Under the pieces are notes generated by a model. The model ran no database searches and was not told where the DNA came from. It was given only the letters and a program-made list of their open reading frames with translations. Positions 23,131 to 35,100 of a stretch of 64,000 nt of DNA are shown one piece after another; the stretch's first letter is position 1, and each line of letters opens with the position of its first letter. Position numbers and translations under genes: made by a program. The stretch comes from Albugo candida (taxonomy: Eukaryota), in assembly GCA_040437565.1 (NCBI GenBank), contig JBDOQK010000018.1, positions 124,001 to 188,000 of the forward strand. The letters are read 5' to 3'.

Positions 23131-24747
23131 TCACCAGATCGCAACGGAATTCTGAAGTCGAACAACTTCCTTGCGTGACAATACATTGCCGCTGATACCG
23201 CTTTGTTGTTGCGAAATTGTTTCTGCAACCAATTCTTCCCGAATGCTTGAAATTGAGTTCATCTCTTGCAAATACTTGTGATCGTGCCAACTCATTGCCG
23301 CATCATTCGCTTCGTCGTCGGATGCAAATTTGAGAGATTTGTGATGGTAACGTTTGCAATTGGCTGTAGCGGTCGTAATAACATCTTCAGCTTTTACACA
23401 GTTTTCGTCGCGCTTCCGTTTATAGCTCGTCGCTCTTGTGAAGATTGATTTTAAGAGTACGGATAAGGATCCTAGAGGACATGGAAACCAGGTGGAGAGA
23501 GACATCCAAACTTGGTTATTTTGTAAGAGTTGCTTCTGTTTGCGCTGCTTTATTCGCTGCAGAAACGGGTAGAGCTCATCCTGCATATTCTCTAATTTCT
23601 TCCGATGAGAATGGACTCGAATCGGTTTGCAAGCTTTGAGGATTTTATATAGCTGATTTAGTTCCGGTAGATGTACATCATTTGTAAGCTGCGCGTGATG
23701 GCACTGATGCTTCAGACTCACGAGAAGCTGAATTCCACATTGATACACACTCTCAATCGTATCCGAGCTGTACTTTTTGAGTCGTATGCTCCATTCTTGA
23801 CTAACGAGCAATGATATCCAGACTAGAATCGCACTCATCTCTTCTTTCACGTCTTCCAACTCTTTTAAAGTGTGATCAAACATCAGGTACACAAATCGAT
23901 CATAAAATCGCTCCAAAAGAGTAGAACTAAACTGTGAATAAATTCCTTGGAGTTTAAGTAACTCATCCAAAATCTTTCTTTCACATTCTGTCATAACGTG
24001 TTTTTTTCCAACTTTTGACGCTGTAAGCTGACACTTCCATAATGGTGTCCCATGCAACGGAATTCCGTACTGATTCCCGTCCACAAGCAATGGAACCAAA
24101 ATATTAGAAATCGCATGGGGCGACAGCTGATTATCCTTCGTGCCAATTCTATCCTTCACCGATGAAATCGACTGGGAGACATCCGACATTTGGTAAATAG
24201 AATTCGTCCAATGAGTCATGACTGCATGTACCGAGTCTTTCAAGATCGCAAATTGTCTTCCCCAATAATTCCTTTCCAGCCATGATAAAAGGTACGATGA
24301 GGCGAATTGCAACACAGGGAGCATTGGAAACTCATTGTGTGTAGACTCATGCCTCAAATCGACAATCCACAATGGAATTCCAATACGTTGAGCCAGCGTG
24401 CTTACAGCCATTGCAATGCTGTTTTTGTTTTGTATGCCGTCTACCAGTCCATTCACACATCGAACAATGACACAAGCATACATCATGCGAAGCTCTAGTT
24501 CTGAGCGCGTGCTTTGACCAATCTCCGAACACGCGCTGTGTGCGATCTGCTCGTGCAGTTCAATCTCGACCAATTTTGCCGTTGATTCGATAGATATCGG
24601 CAAGGAGGAGCGACTTCGCCATAATGCAATGCGTTCTAGACCAACTTGTCTCAAACACACATCGTCAGAATACACATTGTTATATACTTGCAGCCATTCT
24701 GACCAGTTATACCATGCGGCACAAGTCGATGCGTGATTGGATGACAT
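23131..24747 (-). CDS. LAS1: Las1-like pre-rRNA ITS2 endonuclease (HEPN)
   Basis: WYNWSEWLQVY, WRSRSSLPISIESTA, LRMMYACVIVRCVNGLVD, and IGIPLWIVDLRHESTH (HEPN RxxxxH motif). Confidence 0.9.
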   Translation of the reverse strand: MSSNHASTCAAWYNWSEWLQVYNNVYSDDVCLRQVGLERIALWRSRSSLPISIESTAKLVEIELHEQIAHSACSEIGQSTRSELELRMMYACVIVRCVNGLVDGIQNKNSIAMAVSTLAQRIGIPLWIVDLRHESTHNEFPMLPVLQFASSYLLSWLERNYWGRQFAILKDSVHAVMTHWTNSIYQMSDVSQSISSVKDRIGTKDNQLSPHAISNILVPLLVDGNQYGIPLHGTPLWKCQLTASKVGKKHVMTECERKILDELLKLQGIYSQFSSTLLERFYDRFVYLMFDHTLKELEDVKEEMSAILVWISLLVSQEWSIRLKKYSSDTIESVYQCGIQLLVSLKHQCHHAQLTNDVHLPELNQLYKILKACKPIRVHSHRKKLENMQDELYPFLQRIKQRKQKQLLQNNQVWMSLSTWFPCPLGSLSVLLKSIFTRATSYKRKRDENCVKAEDVITTATANCKRYHHKSLKFASDDEANDAAMSWHDHKYLQEMNSISSIREELVAETISQQQSGISGNVLSRKEVVRLQNSVAIW

Positions 24748-24780
24748 CCAAATGAATATTTGCCAATCATCGAGGTAAGC

Positions 24781-24890
24781 AATCTCTTGCAACATTCACC
24801 AAACGAAGCAATCAGCAACATTCACCAAACAAGATCTCATGCAACATTCAGCAAACGAGATCTCGTGCAACATTCACCGAGTGAAATCTT
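24781..24890. repeat. Tandem 26-bp repeat, about 4 copies (core GCAACATTCA)
   Basis: GCAACATTCA starts at 24789, 24815, 24841 and 24867. Confidence 0.9.
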
Positions 24891-24968
24891 GGTATACTTT
24901 ATATTCGATGCAGTATGAATCAATCCTTCCTAAGACTAATCACCAAGCGAGTCTACAGCCTCCTATGT

Positions 24969-26894
24969 TTATTTTTTTTTCAAGCTGATCGGCCGGATAC
25001 GACTGGGTAGTCGCTCTCTAACTGGCTTTGCTCGATACCATACAAATCCCACAATCAGCACGACATATGCCGCTAAAAACAAAATGACAATCTCGTGAAT
25101 ACCCAATGACAAATTCGCAGAACTATTTGGCCCCATAAAGTTTTTCTCTTCCAAAATGGTCTTGGCTTCAATCGAGAAAGCGATCGCTAGTTCCTCGATA
25201 GCGACATGTAAGGTCTCCTCAATTGGTACAATTCGAGTCGGAGCTCGTCCATCAGCAGACGCCGTTCCAATTTGATAGCAGCAATCCGGCATCAGGTGTA
25301 TGATTTGATGAACTCGATATAAACTTGGGTCAGCCTCCCAAGAGTACTCTTGGATGTGCGTGATAAGTCGGGTTTGCGAGGATGATCCATCCAGCTTGAT
25401 CGTATTACGATGGAAAAATATGTAATTGCCTTGTACATCGTGTTGAATCATCGCCAGTCCGCAGTATAGTTTCATATCTTCCATTAAAAGTCCTCCAACT
25501 GCTGGAGGATATGGAATGGTATATGAAGGCTGGCTTGTATTAAGCCATGCTAGCCGGAAAAGATCTTTATCCCCCCACAGGAGCGATAAATCTTCTAGTA
25601 CACGTGGCTCGTGTGTAGAATAAAACATCAGTTTCTCAAGGGCGGCCCTGCTTTTCTTCCGATTGATCAAAAGCTGACCACTTTCCTGTTCAAAACCTTC
25701 CCGATACTGGACACCAGTGATTTCCCATAACAGACTCGTTCGAGTAAGCTCAAATAATGAATTGGATGGCTGCCAGTAATCTGGCCAGAAAAGCGCTCCA
25801 GTTCGCACAAATTCTGGTTCTTGGAATAGATAGGTTGGATCCTTTGTAGGGATATTGTCACCATCCAGGAGCAGAACGTTGTCAAAATTACTATAATACA
25901 ATGCATACGGCTTGACATGAAATCCTTTGGCTCGTCGATCGAATATTGGACGCATTCGGACATTATATATCGTCAGCAGCTGATGGATAATTGGATTATC
26001 TATGGACATCTCGTCTGGACGGTACCACATCTCGATTGGTAATTCACAACCATGTAATCTCAACATCCGAACAGAAGCATACAAAGAGGGGAGAATTTTG
26101 TCATAAACGATCATGACAATTCCGTTTCGATCTTTGATTTCAGCATTCGAAGATAAAGCAAAAGATGGTGCAATTGGTCGATGTCGATATCGAACGGATT
26201 CGACTGCAAAATCTGAAGTCGTACGAGCTTGTTCGCAAGTATATGAACCTTTCGGAATTGAATCGCAAGTACTGACCATGAGCTTAAATTCTTGTCCAGA
26301 CGAACGATTGCGTACTGCACAATATCCTGCCATTCCTGGTCCGATGGCTGTCGAGCAGTTCAAAAAATTGGATTGTTTTTCTGGTGCATCTCTATTCTTC
26401 AGAACCGAGTACAATATAGGTGTTCGTGGTATGACAGCATACCCTTCGGGGTTGGCACTTTTTTCTGTAGGCTTATCATGACAGGTATACAGACGCTGCC
26501 AGCCGAGACAATCAAACGTCTCATCTGCCCAAATTTCTTGCACAATGTCGGCTTTGATATCACGTTCCTGTGACGGAGCCGAGTCAAGCGGTTCGGCTCT
26601 CCATTGTGAAGATAATGTATCAACGTGATTTATTATAATTTTTCCTGATTGCGCTTTTGATTCGATTAAGTGCGTATAATATTTTTTCGAAAGCCAAAGG
26701 CACAGTATGATGAGACCAACAGGCCATTTGCGGTGTTTTACAAAATTGTACACACGCAAGCATCGCTGCAGACACTGCGCACTGATCCGCTGGAAAAACA
26801 TCTTCATTGGAAATTGATGACCTTGGGTCAACTGACTCTGCTTCACTATGCTTTCCTTGATGGTTGTCTGAATGATATGCCGCTTTTGTTCCAA
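24969..26894 (-). CDS. GT71 alpha-mannosyltransferase-like glycosyltransferase
   Basis: N-terminal TM; LRLHGCELPIEMW, KPYAL, LLLDGDNIP (DxD), GALFWPDYW, EQESGQLLINR, WGDKDLFRLAW; C-terminal TM. Confidence 0.9.
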   Translation of the reverse strand: MEQKRHIIQTTIKESIVKQSQLTQGHQFPMKMFFQRISAQCLQRCLRVYNFVKHRKWPVGLIILCLWLSKKYYTHLIESKAQSGKIIINHVDTLSSQWRAEPLDSAPSQERDIKADIVQEIWADETFDCLGWQRLYTCHDKPTEKSANPEGYAVIPRTPILYSVLKNRDAPEKQSNFLNCSTAIGPGMAGYCAVRNRSSGQEFKLMVSTCDSIPKGSYTCEQARTTSDFAVESVRYRHRPIAPSFALSSNAEIKDRNGIVMIVYDKILPSLYASVRMLRLHGCELPIEMWYRPDEMSIDNPIIHQLLTIYNVRMRPIFDRRAKGFHVKPYALYYSNFDNVLLLDGDNIPTKDPTYLFQEPEFVRTGALFWPDYWQPSNSLFELTRTSLLWEITGVQYREGFEQESGQLLINRKKSRAALEKLMFYSTHEPRVLEDLSLLWGDKDLFRLAWLNTSQPSYTIPYPPAVGGLLMEDMKLYCGLAMIQHDVQGNYIFFHRNTIKLDGSSSQTRLITHIQEYSWEADPSLYRVHQIIHLMPDCCYQIGTASADGRAPTRIVPIEETLHVAIEELAIAFSIEAKTILEEKNFMGPNSSANLSLGIHEIVILFLAAYVVLIVGFVWYRAKPVRERLPSRIRPISLKKK

Positions 26895-27374
26895 TTCAGT
26901 TATACGGCTTACAAAAATAAGATTTCGTGCTCGCAGTCAAACACGAACAACTGCAGCATCGATTGACGCGGCCGTTAAAATCAATAACTGATACAAAGCT
27001 TCAGTGTCCGCGATCTGTCGCTCTAAATGCTGGATGAACTTTGTAGTTGTTGGAAAACGACAAAATGAGTACGAGAAGCAACTGAAACAAGTGAAATAGA
27101 ATTATTCAGAATGCGCGTGGTGGAGCAAGCCTTGGAAAAAGGTGCATGGGCACTATTTATATCAAAAAAGTAAAACGGATGGAGGTTTTCACCAGCAGAA
27201 CGAGAATGTGCGGATGGCAAGTATTCATTCCAAAAGTCTTTGCAACGGAAGCAATGGCGCACCACTTGCCTTTGGTCAAATTACGACTCTTTATGTGTAC
27301 AGTCTGCAAAGTCCGTATACAAATTCTCATATTTTTCTTGCATCGTTACTCTGCGAAATGAACGTCTTGATTGT

Positions 27375-29304
27375 TCATCTTTTTTCTTGTAGTTCTTGCA
27401 CTGTAATTCCTTTCGAAATTGCTGAAGCGGCTGCTCCAAACATTTCTTCTTTCTTGGACACGCTTAAATGAGATCGAGTAGGAGTCTGGCTGGATGGAGT
27501 CCGACGGACCCGGTTCACACGTTTCTCGCTATTTCGTTTCTTTGGAACCAATAAGGCGTTTTGACTTGGAGAACTTAGTATGTCACTTTGCTGTTGTTCA
27601 ACAACCGTGGCAAGTTGATGTTGATGAATCAGGGATCGAAGTGCTTGTCGCAAAGCCCATGTAAAATGCATCAATGTGACATATGGAACTGTCCATCGTG
27701 TGAATAGATACAAAATTAATACCAATAACAGATATTTGTTGGGTATCATCACATGTAACAAGCAACTTGCAATTAAACATAACAGTACTCTAGCCGTATA
27801 ACCGGAATCCTCCCATGAAAACATCATTTCAATACTGGAAATGATATGCGATATCCATGCCATATTGTTCTGCACAGACTGTAAAGAGTGCCGCGTCTCT
27901 TGATCGATGCTGACATGTGTCATTTTATTCATCAAATGCGTGAATCCAACCGGTAGACTATATTGCCGGAAATGGCCATTCGCGCCCGATAATTCTCCAC
28001 TAGTGGTCTCATCTTTTCCTTCGGCAAACGACTGCAAGTTGGACGCAAAATAATTTCTCAAAATCAATGCGATAAGTGCGATATGAATAACCACCGGAAC
28101 CCATTCTAATGATAAACACAGCCACACACAGAATCCGAAACACAGGCATGATCGGGTAGGATATTCCCAATTCAAGGTGGGAGAAACACGCCAAGCCACC
28201 TCCAAGTACGGCCAAAGGATATCCAATAGCACCCAAAAGTTACTATACAATCGCGCGGCCTGGAATTCGGGCCATTCATACACATATTGCTGTTCCGATG
28301 CAAAGTATGAGCAAAACTCAGCGGTACGAGAGAACTTGTAATGCAGTAAAACATGAATTCGACCAGCACGAGCATCGTTATTTAATCCAGCACGATGTAA
28401 TTTTTCGGGTAGTAGTAGATCGAGCCATTTGTTATGGCGCCTTTGATCCATCAACTCGCGTAATGCTATAGTTGCTTCGCCAAGTTTCGTTGGCTGACTC
28501 AGTTGCCCGTAATTATACACTTCAAACACCAATTCTGCTCCTGGAGCACATACATTGAACACAAAAGTCTCATGCCATCGCGGATTGAGCGTTCGAGATT
28601 TCTTTTTTGTGCATCGAACGCTCCGTAAATCACTTCCCCATTCCTGTCCATGAGACCATTTCCCAGTGAGAATGACACGCACAAAAGGATCACTCGTAAT
28701 TGAATCCGTCGACGGTAAGCCTATTGCTTCCACTACTTTTGCGTAAATCTGCCCAATATGCACCCGACCATCAATCACGGGATCTGGAGTAGTTGAAATC
28801 TGCAGATGCATTCTGTTGTCATATTTGCGATCGCAGCTTTATATAATCTGCCTACCTCCGTGGACGCTTGCCCTGACCACTCCAACGAGGCGAAATGCTC
28901 GTCAACAGCGGCGTAGCACGCATTGCAAACTCGCATCGGCTACTTATGAATGCAGGAATTGAGGTCAAAGTAAGTATTATGATGAATCGGCGTACAAGAG
29001 GATCTGTGGATGTGATGCGGCGCTCATGAGGTGAGCAATTATTGCAAATGACGTTCCCGCATCGGCGACAATGATGCTGCACAAACATGATATAAGTCCT
29101 TTGCGTCATTCAATGTAGTCGCCTTTGCTTACGCACTTTGCGTGTCAATAACGTGAAAGGGGTATTACAATGCATGCAATTTGACTTCTCGTCGTCTTGT
29201 ACCCAATTCAGCATACGATCATTATCACTCGAGGAGCTTGTGGTGCTAGTCTTTGACCGCGTGCGCAGCCCCGCTGATGGCAAAGAATCGAATAGAGAAG
29301 CCAT
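27375..29304 (-). CDS. FYVE + C2 domain membrane protein (MCTP-like C-terminus)
   Basis: FYVE WVQD..CMHC..FTLLTRK|HHCRRCGNVICNNC split by an intron; C2 domain SDPFV..TLNPRWHETFVF; C-terminal hydrophobic helices. Confidence 0.85.
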
Positions 29305-29364
29305 TTTTATTGTATGCAAAGAGCGAGGCGTTAGTTGGTCCTTAAATCGTGTACTACACATGAT

Positions 29365-30582
29365 TCAAGAATGGATGTCAGAGTGTTTGGTGAATACTTT
29401 GCCTGGAACGAAATTGAGCCTCGGTTTTGGTTTGTCTCTTTGAATGCACTGCTTGAATTCCAAATGCGCAGATTCCAAGGCTTGACGAAACAATTCGATC
29501 TGCTGGGCTACTCCCTCATCTTCTTCGTCCTCGAATTTTGATTCCTCAAAGATCACATTGGGATCCTGCCGTGCTAGTTCCATTTTTTTGACATCTTTCA
29601 GTGAGTGATTGACAGCGTCGCTCGTGTCCGACGTGGATGCATTTATCGAATCGGTCGACTGAACGTAGCTTGTTTTCGCTCGATTTTTCCTTTTCTTTTT
29701 TTTCTTCTTCCCTACGATGCTCATTGCTGTTGACGACACGGATGCTAAGCTTTGATCAGTTTGGTGAACGTCAGTCTTCCCGTTGATAAAGTCGACTAAC
29801 TCTTCGATACTTGGCTGATCAACTTGTTCGAGTTGGCTATCTACACCAGCAATATCTAATCCAAAAAGCTGGTCGGTCTCAGTCGTGAGGTTATCCAATT
29901 CAAATTCTTGTCGAATTTTATCAGATGCTCCTGTAGTCGACATAATCTGAGTTATAGCACGGCAGGTATCGTCAATCAAGGGCTGAATTTCGAGTTGCGA
30001 TGCAATCTGTTAAGCCAGATACATATTTACTGCCAGATCGACGTAGAAAACAGAAAACAGAACGCACCTACTTTTGCTAAATCACAAAGCGTCTTTGAGT
30101 CTAATCCATAGAATTCTTGTTTCCACAAGAGTAATGCATCATCATGACCTTCTATTTGAGCTTGATACAAGCAGCTATACACAAGGACACGGTCATTCGG
30201 TTTGGTACAAATGTATCGACATAACGTCTAAGGTACCTGCAATAATATAGAGCCAACTCAGCGCTATGACTCGGTACATCAAGCATGGGTACTCGATGTT
30301 CATGCAGAGCATTCTCGACAATTTCTTTTTCAAATGCTAGCAAAATGCTTTTAGCAGGGTAATTCAGTTTTAGACCAGCACTATACTTTGCATAAGCATC
30401 CACAAAGTGGGTGACATCATGGCTTCCTCGTGAGCGACTTGAACTTCTCTTCCTTCCATGCATTCTAATATGAATTGGAAGGCACCGCTTTTGGCATGTC
30501 CTTCACTGCCAAATGGGAGCATTTCGTTTTCGTGCCCATCATAGCGCTCCATGAAACTCTTAGAAGCTCCGATTTTGCTCAT
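29365..30582 (-). CDS. SKP1-like protein with C-terminal extension (type II, ASK20/ASK21-like)
   Basis: The 4-exon reconstruction gives ILECMEGREVQVAHEEAMMSPTL..LALYYC..WKQEFYGLDSKTLCDLAKIASQLEIQPLIDDTCRAITQIM..KIRQEFEL, then SIEELVDFING, poly-K and FEDEED..IELFRQAL. Confidence 0.8.
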
Positions 30583-30820
30583 TTCCAATAATTAGAGTAT
30601 GTACAAGTACGGATGTACGCTACTTTCAGAAATCTTAGGTTCTTGCGTTCGTGTAAAAATTGAGCCTATTTCGTTGTTCTCGCTGTATAATCAAATTCGG
30701 CATTTCGACAGGAATATATCTAGAATAGGGTAGCAATTTTGGCCAATCCTCTGGATAATCATATTTATGGCGATGCTTATTCTATGCTTTGACGTATCAG
30801 AATGGCAAATCAATCTCAAA

Positions 30821-31587
30821 CTAGTGGTTTTTGTATTGGCACTCATGAGTTGTCCAATGGTCTCCATCAATGGACCCATTGACCAGCTTCAAGAATTTAT
30901 TCAAAACTTGATTGGCCTTCGTTCGGTCTTGAGTACGAAGCCAGATTTCAAATCGATAAAAGTTGACCATATCCTTTTTATCCTTTTTATTCTAAAATTC
31001 GGTAGGGTTAGCTCATTGCCGTAGTAACATCATATACTGAACGTACCTTGTGTATAACACGTACGCCAGTAATCTCATCGCCTTCGTCTAATTGCTCACC
31101 AATAGCGCCGAGTACCGTGATTTCCCACAACTTATCAAGGATTGGTCCAGTCAGCTCTAGCAAAAGTGGATTGGTCTATATGTCAGCAAGAACAAAGGCT
31201 AGATAGAAGACATCTCAAACCTTTTCGAATAGACCACTCTCCTCCTGATCTATTCTGCGGGTCTTCCCATTCTGGCACAATCCCTTCCCTGAACACGGCG
31301 AACGATTCCACATAACGATCTCCTATACGTTTTCTAGTATATCCGTCGAACAAGACCTGACTAGAGGTAAACAAAGTCAGGCGAGTTCATCGTGCAACGA
31401 TTGGTCCAGAACTTGACCTCGGTTTCAGGATATTGTTCCAATATCCCCAAAATTTACCGACGGTTTTGAAAGTGCACATTTTGAATAAAGTGTCTGCATA
31501 CGATAAATTCTTTTGTTGCTCACGCAATTCCCATATAGACCAAGCTGTCTCTAAAGGGTATAATTCATCATCTTGATCGGTTCCCAT
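30821..31587 (-). CDS. eIF4E: Translation initiation factor 4E family
   Basis: YPLETAWSIW, FKTVGKFWGYW, FREGIVPEWEDPQNRSGGEW, LWEITVLGAIGE, ITGVRV and RFEIWLR over 4 exons. Confidence 0.92.
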
Positions 31588-32195
31588 CGTTTCTGTGCGA
31601 CTTCTAATCAGAGTATTCAGGTGCTCTGGCTAGGGTTATCCGAATGTGCGCATACACTGTTAACGCGCTGAGAACTGATGTATACTCTGTTGCTAGCTTC
31701 GGAATTGATTCTACTCTCTGGGATCGAGCAGCTGCATGCAGTCTTGTTGAAATAAGAACCACTATTTAACGTGGATGAGAACAATATAGAAGGTACCGAA
31801 TAGAACTTTACTCTAACAACATCTGCAGATATATCGTTATATCAATAGACTTGGAGCAACTCGATGAAAAAGGAATTGGACTTGATGTATTGTCGACTCA
31901 AAAATCACAATCTTCGACTCAATATATCTTAAGAAAGGTATACATGCTCAATAGCGTATACCATTTTTGGGTGCCCGTCACTATCGAATATGTGCTGCAT
32001 ATTCGCATTCGCTGCGAACGCAAAGTCGGACGCCCTAATGAGAATGATGCTGGCATATGCTGAGAGTAGGGTTTTCCATGACTGGAGCAGTTCTATTCTT
32101 TCTTTACCAATCAATTTAATTATATCTATCACAAAGTATCTTTAATTTTCATCGATATTAAAGTCGCGACATTTTGCATTCTAATCCTACATGCG

Positions 32196-35100
32196 ATGCC
32201 GAACGATGTTCCTCTCACACTAAAGGCCAGACTATCTCACACTCGATCGCGTAAACTTTGCACGTTTATAGGTGGATGCAAAAGGGTGGCTGTTACGAAA
32301 GGATTGTGCGTTCGGCACGGCGGCGGAAAAAAATGCATGTTACGCGATTGTAATAAAGGAGCCCAAGCCGGTGGGTATTGTCGGCAGCACGGAGGAGGAG
32401 CACGTTGCCAAATAGATGGGTGTAAAAAATTTGATGCTGGGAGGGGATTCTGTAGGGCTCACGGCGGCGGGAAACGTTGCCAAGAGAAAAACTGCGTGAA
32501 AGCCGATGTTGGAGGAGGGTATTGCACGGCTCACGGTGGTGGAAAGCGCTGTAGAATTACGGGATGCGTAAAAATAGCGCAAGAAGGCGGCAAATGTCGA
32601 GCGCACGGTGGTGTACGACGATGTCGTCATTCAGATTGTGCGAATCTAGCCAGAGGGCATAACGGATTTTGTAGCCAGCATGGAGGCGCTCAATTGTGTG
32701 CTTCGCGAGGGTGTCGAAGATTAGCAAAGGGTGGGACGAAACCTCTGTATTGTTTGAATTGTGTGGCCAAGTGTGACGGTGCAGTGAATCAAAATGGATT
32801 AGATGTGAGCTGGCTGGTAGATGCGATGGCTAGTAGCGACGAAGCTCAGAAAGAGATGGTACCAAAACTTGTAACAGGTGCAAAAAGCAGCAATAATTTA
32901 CACCACATGAATGGCCCAAGTCAGTCAATAACAACTTCACATTATTCCGCGCTGACCATATTAAGTGAAAGGGTTGAAAAGAAAAATTTGCCAGTTTGTT
33001 CGGAAGGGTTTCAAGCGATGGAAAGAGACGAGCAGAGTACAGCTGAGGATACAGGGGATTTGCTGGAAGATGATGGTGAGGATTTCTGCATTTCTCAAAC
33101 AGGTTCTTGTCTCCTGAATGGATGCGCGAAAAGCTTTGGTGGGAGTTGCAATTGTTCAGGAAAGTGTGAATGTTGCGCAACAACAAATGGAGAAGAGTAT
33201 TCAATCACTGGTCGGATTGAAAGAAAGTGTTGCAGTCAAAGTACGCACCGCTCCACCTTGACACAACCAAGTATAACAGAGAACCCAGTTGCCGCCGCAA
33301 ACATCACTTGTTGTGATAAAACGGATGGAATGACTATAAAACGAACCAANNNNNNNNNNNNNNNNNNNNNNNNNNNNNNNNNNNNNNNNNNNNNNNNNNN
33401 NNNNNNNNNNNNNNNNNNNNNNNNNNNNNNNNNNNNNNNNNNNNNNNNNATGCATGTTACGCGATTGTAATAAAGGAGCCCAAGCCGGTGGGTATTGTCG
33501 GCAGCACGGAGGAGGAGCACGTTGCCAAATAGATGGGTGTAAAAAATTTGATGCTGGGAGGGGATTCTGTAGGGCTCACGGCGGCGGGAAACGTTGCCAA
33601 GAGAAAAACTGCGTGAAAGCCGATGTTGGAGGAGGGTATTGCACGGCTCACGGTGGTGGAAAGCGCTGTAGAATTACGGGATGCGTAAAAATAGCGCAAG
33701 AAGGCGGCAAATGTCGAGCGCACGGTGGTGTACGACGATGTCGTCATTCAGATTGTGCGAATCTAGCCAGAGGGCATAACGGATTTTGTAGCCAGCATGG
33801 AGGCGCTCAATTGTGTGCTTCGCGAGGGTGTCGAAGATTAGCAAAGGGTGGGACGAAACCTCTGTATTGTTTGAATTGTGTGGCCAAGTGTGACGGTGCA
33901 GTGAATCAAAATGGATTAGATGTGAGCTGGCTGGTAGATGCGATGGCTAGTAGCGACGAAGCTCAGAAAGAGATGGTACCAAAACTTGTAACAGGTGCAA
34001 AAAGCAGCAATAATTTACACCACATGAATGGCCCAAGTCAGTCAATAACAACTTCACATTATTCCGCGCTGACCATATTAAGTGAAAGGGTTGAAAAGAA
34101 AAATTTGCCAGTTTGTTCGGAAGGGTTTCAAGCGATGGAAAGAGACGAGCAGAGTACAGCTGAGGATACAGGGGATTTGCTGGAAGATGATGGTGAGGAT
34201 TTCTGCATTTCTCAAACAGGTTCTTGTCTCCTGAATGGATGCGCGAAAAGCTTTGGTGGGAGTTGCAATTGTTCAGGAAAGTGTGAATGTTGCGCAACAA
34301 CAAATGGAGAAGAGTATTCAATCACTGGTCGGATTGAAAGAAAGTGTTGCAGTCAAAGTACGCACCGCTCCACCTTGACACAACCAAGTATAACAGAGAA
34401 CCCAGTTGCCGCCGCAAACATCACTTGTTGTGATAAAACGGATGGAATGACTATAAAACGAACCAAACTGAGGCTTGGTCTGCCGAAGAATTTGGTTTTA
34501 ACGAAAGTTGTGGCTTTGCTGAAAACCTTGTCAAATGTACGCAGCGTTCATGTTTTGACTGAATTCGGGCATGATAAGAATGGAGAAGATATGGCGATAG
34601 TCATGATAGTGGGAACAAGCTACCTTGATGTCACCGAACTGGAGCTTTTACGAACAGTATCCGGAACCAGAGACATGTATGCTATTCTTGAGCAATCCGA
34701 GATGCCGTGGTCACAACAAGAGATAATATTCTACATTCCGGAAATGATGTGTAAAAACGCCTGTGGAAATACAGTAATCAGTGCGATTCATTCGAGCAAT
34801 TTGCAGGAAAACCTTAATGGCGTTCAACTCGAATTTGAACAGCGATTAGTCATTTGTCGAGGCTATAATCTTCAGCCGGCCCAACTTCGCGAAACTATTC
34901 GTTTAGTCGGTTTCGAACCACAACTTAAGCAGGTAGCCCCGATACCAAAGGAATTTATGTTCCGAACTCGTGCATTTTTAGACCAAAAGACAAGCTGCAG
35001 ACTACGCGGTATTCTTGCTGATGTGGAAGGTGTGGAGCAGATTTCAGTGATGCACAGTTTTAAACGAGTTTTCGTGTCTGGCTTTATTGAATCGTCACAA

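Noticed and set aside
24781-24890. CRISPR-like array
   Set aside because: Eukaryotic context, no cas genes, and the 16-nt intervening segments resemble one another. It is a tandem repeat.
32333-34466. 1-kb exact tandem duplication of the finger-repeat gene
   Set aside because: The copies flank a 100-N gap and appear identical, so this is an unmerged contig overlap.
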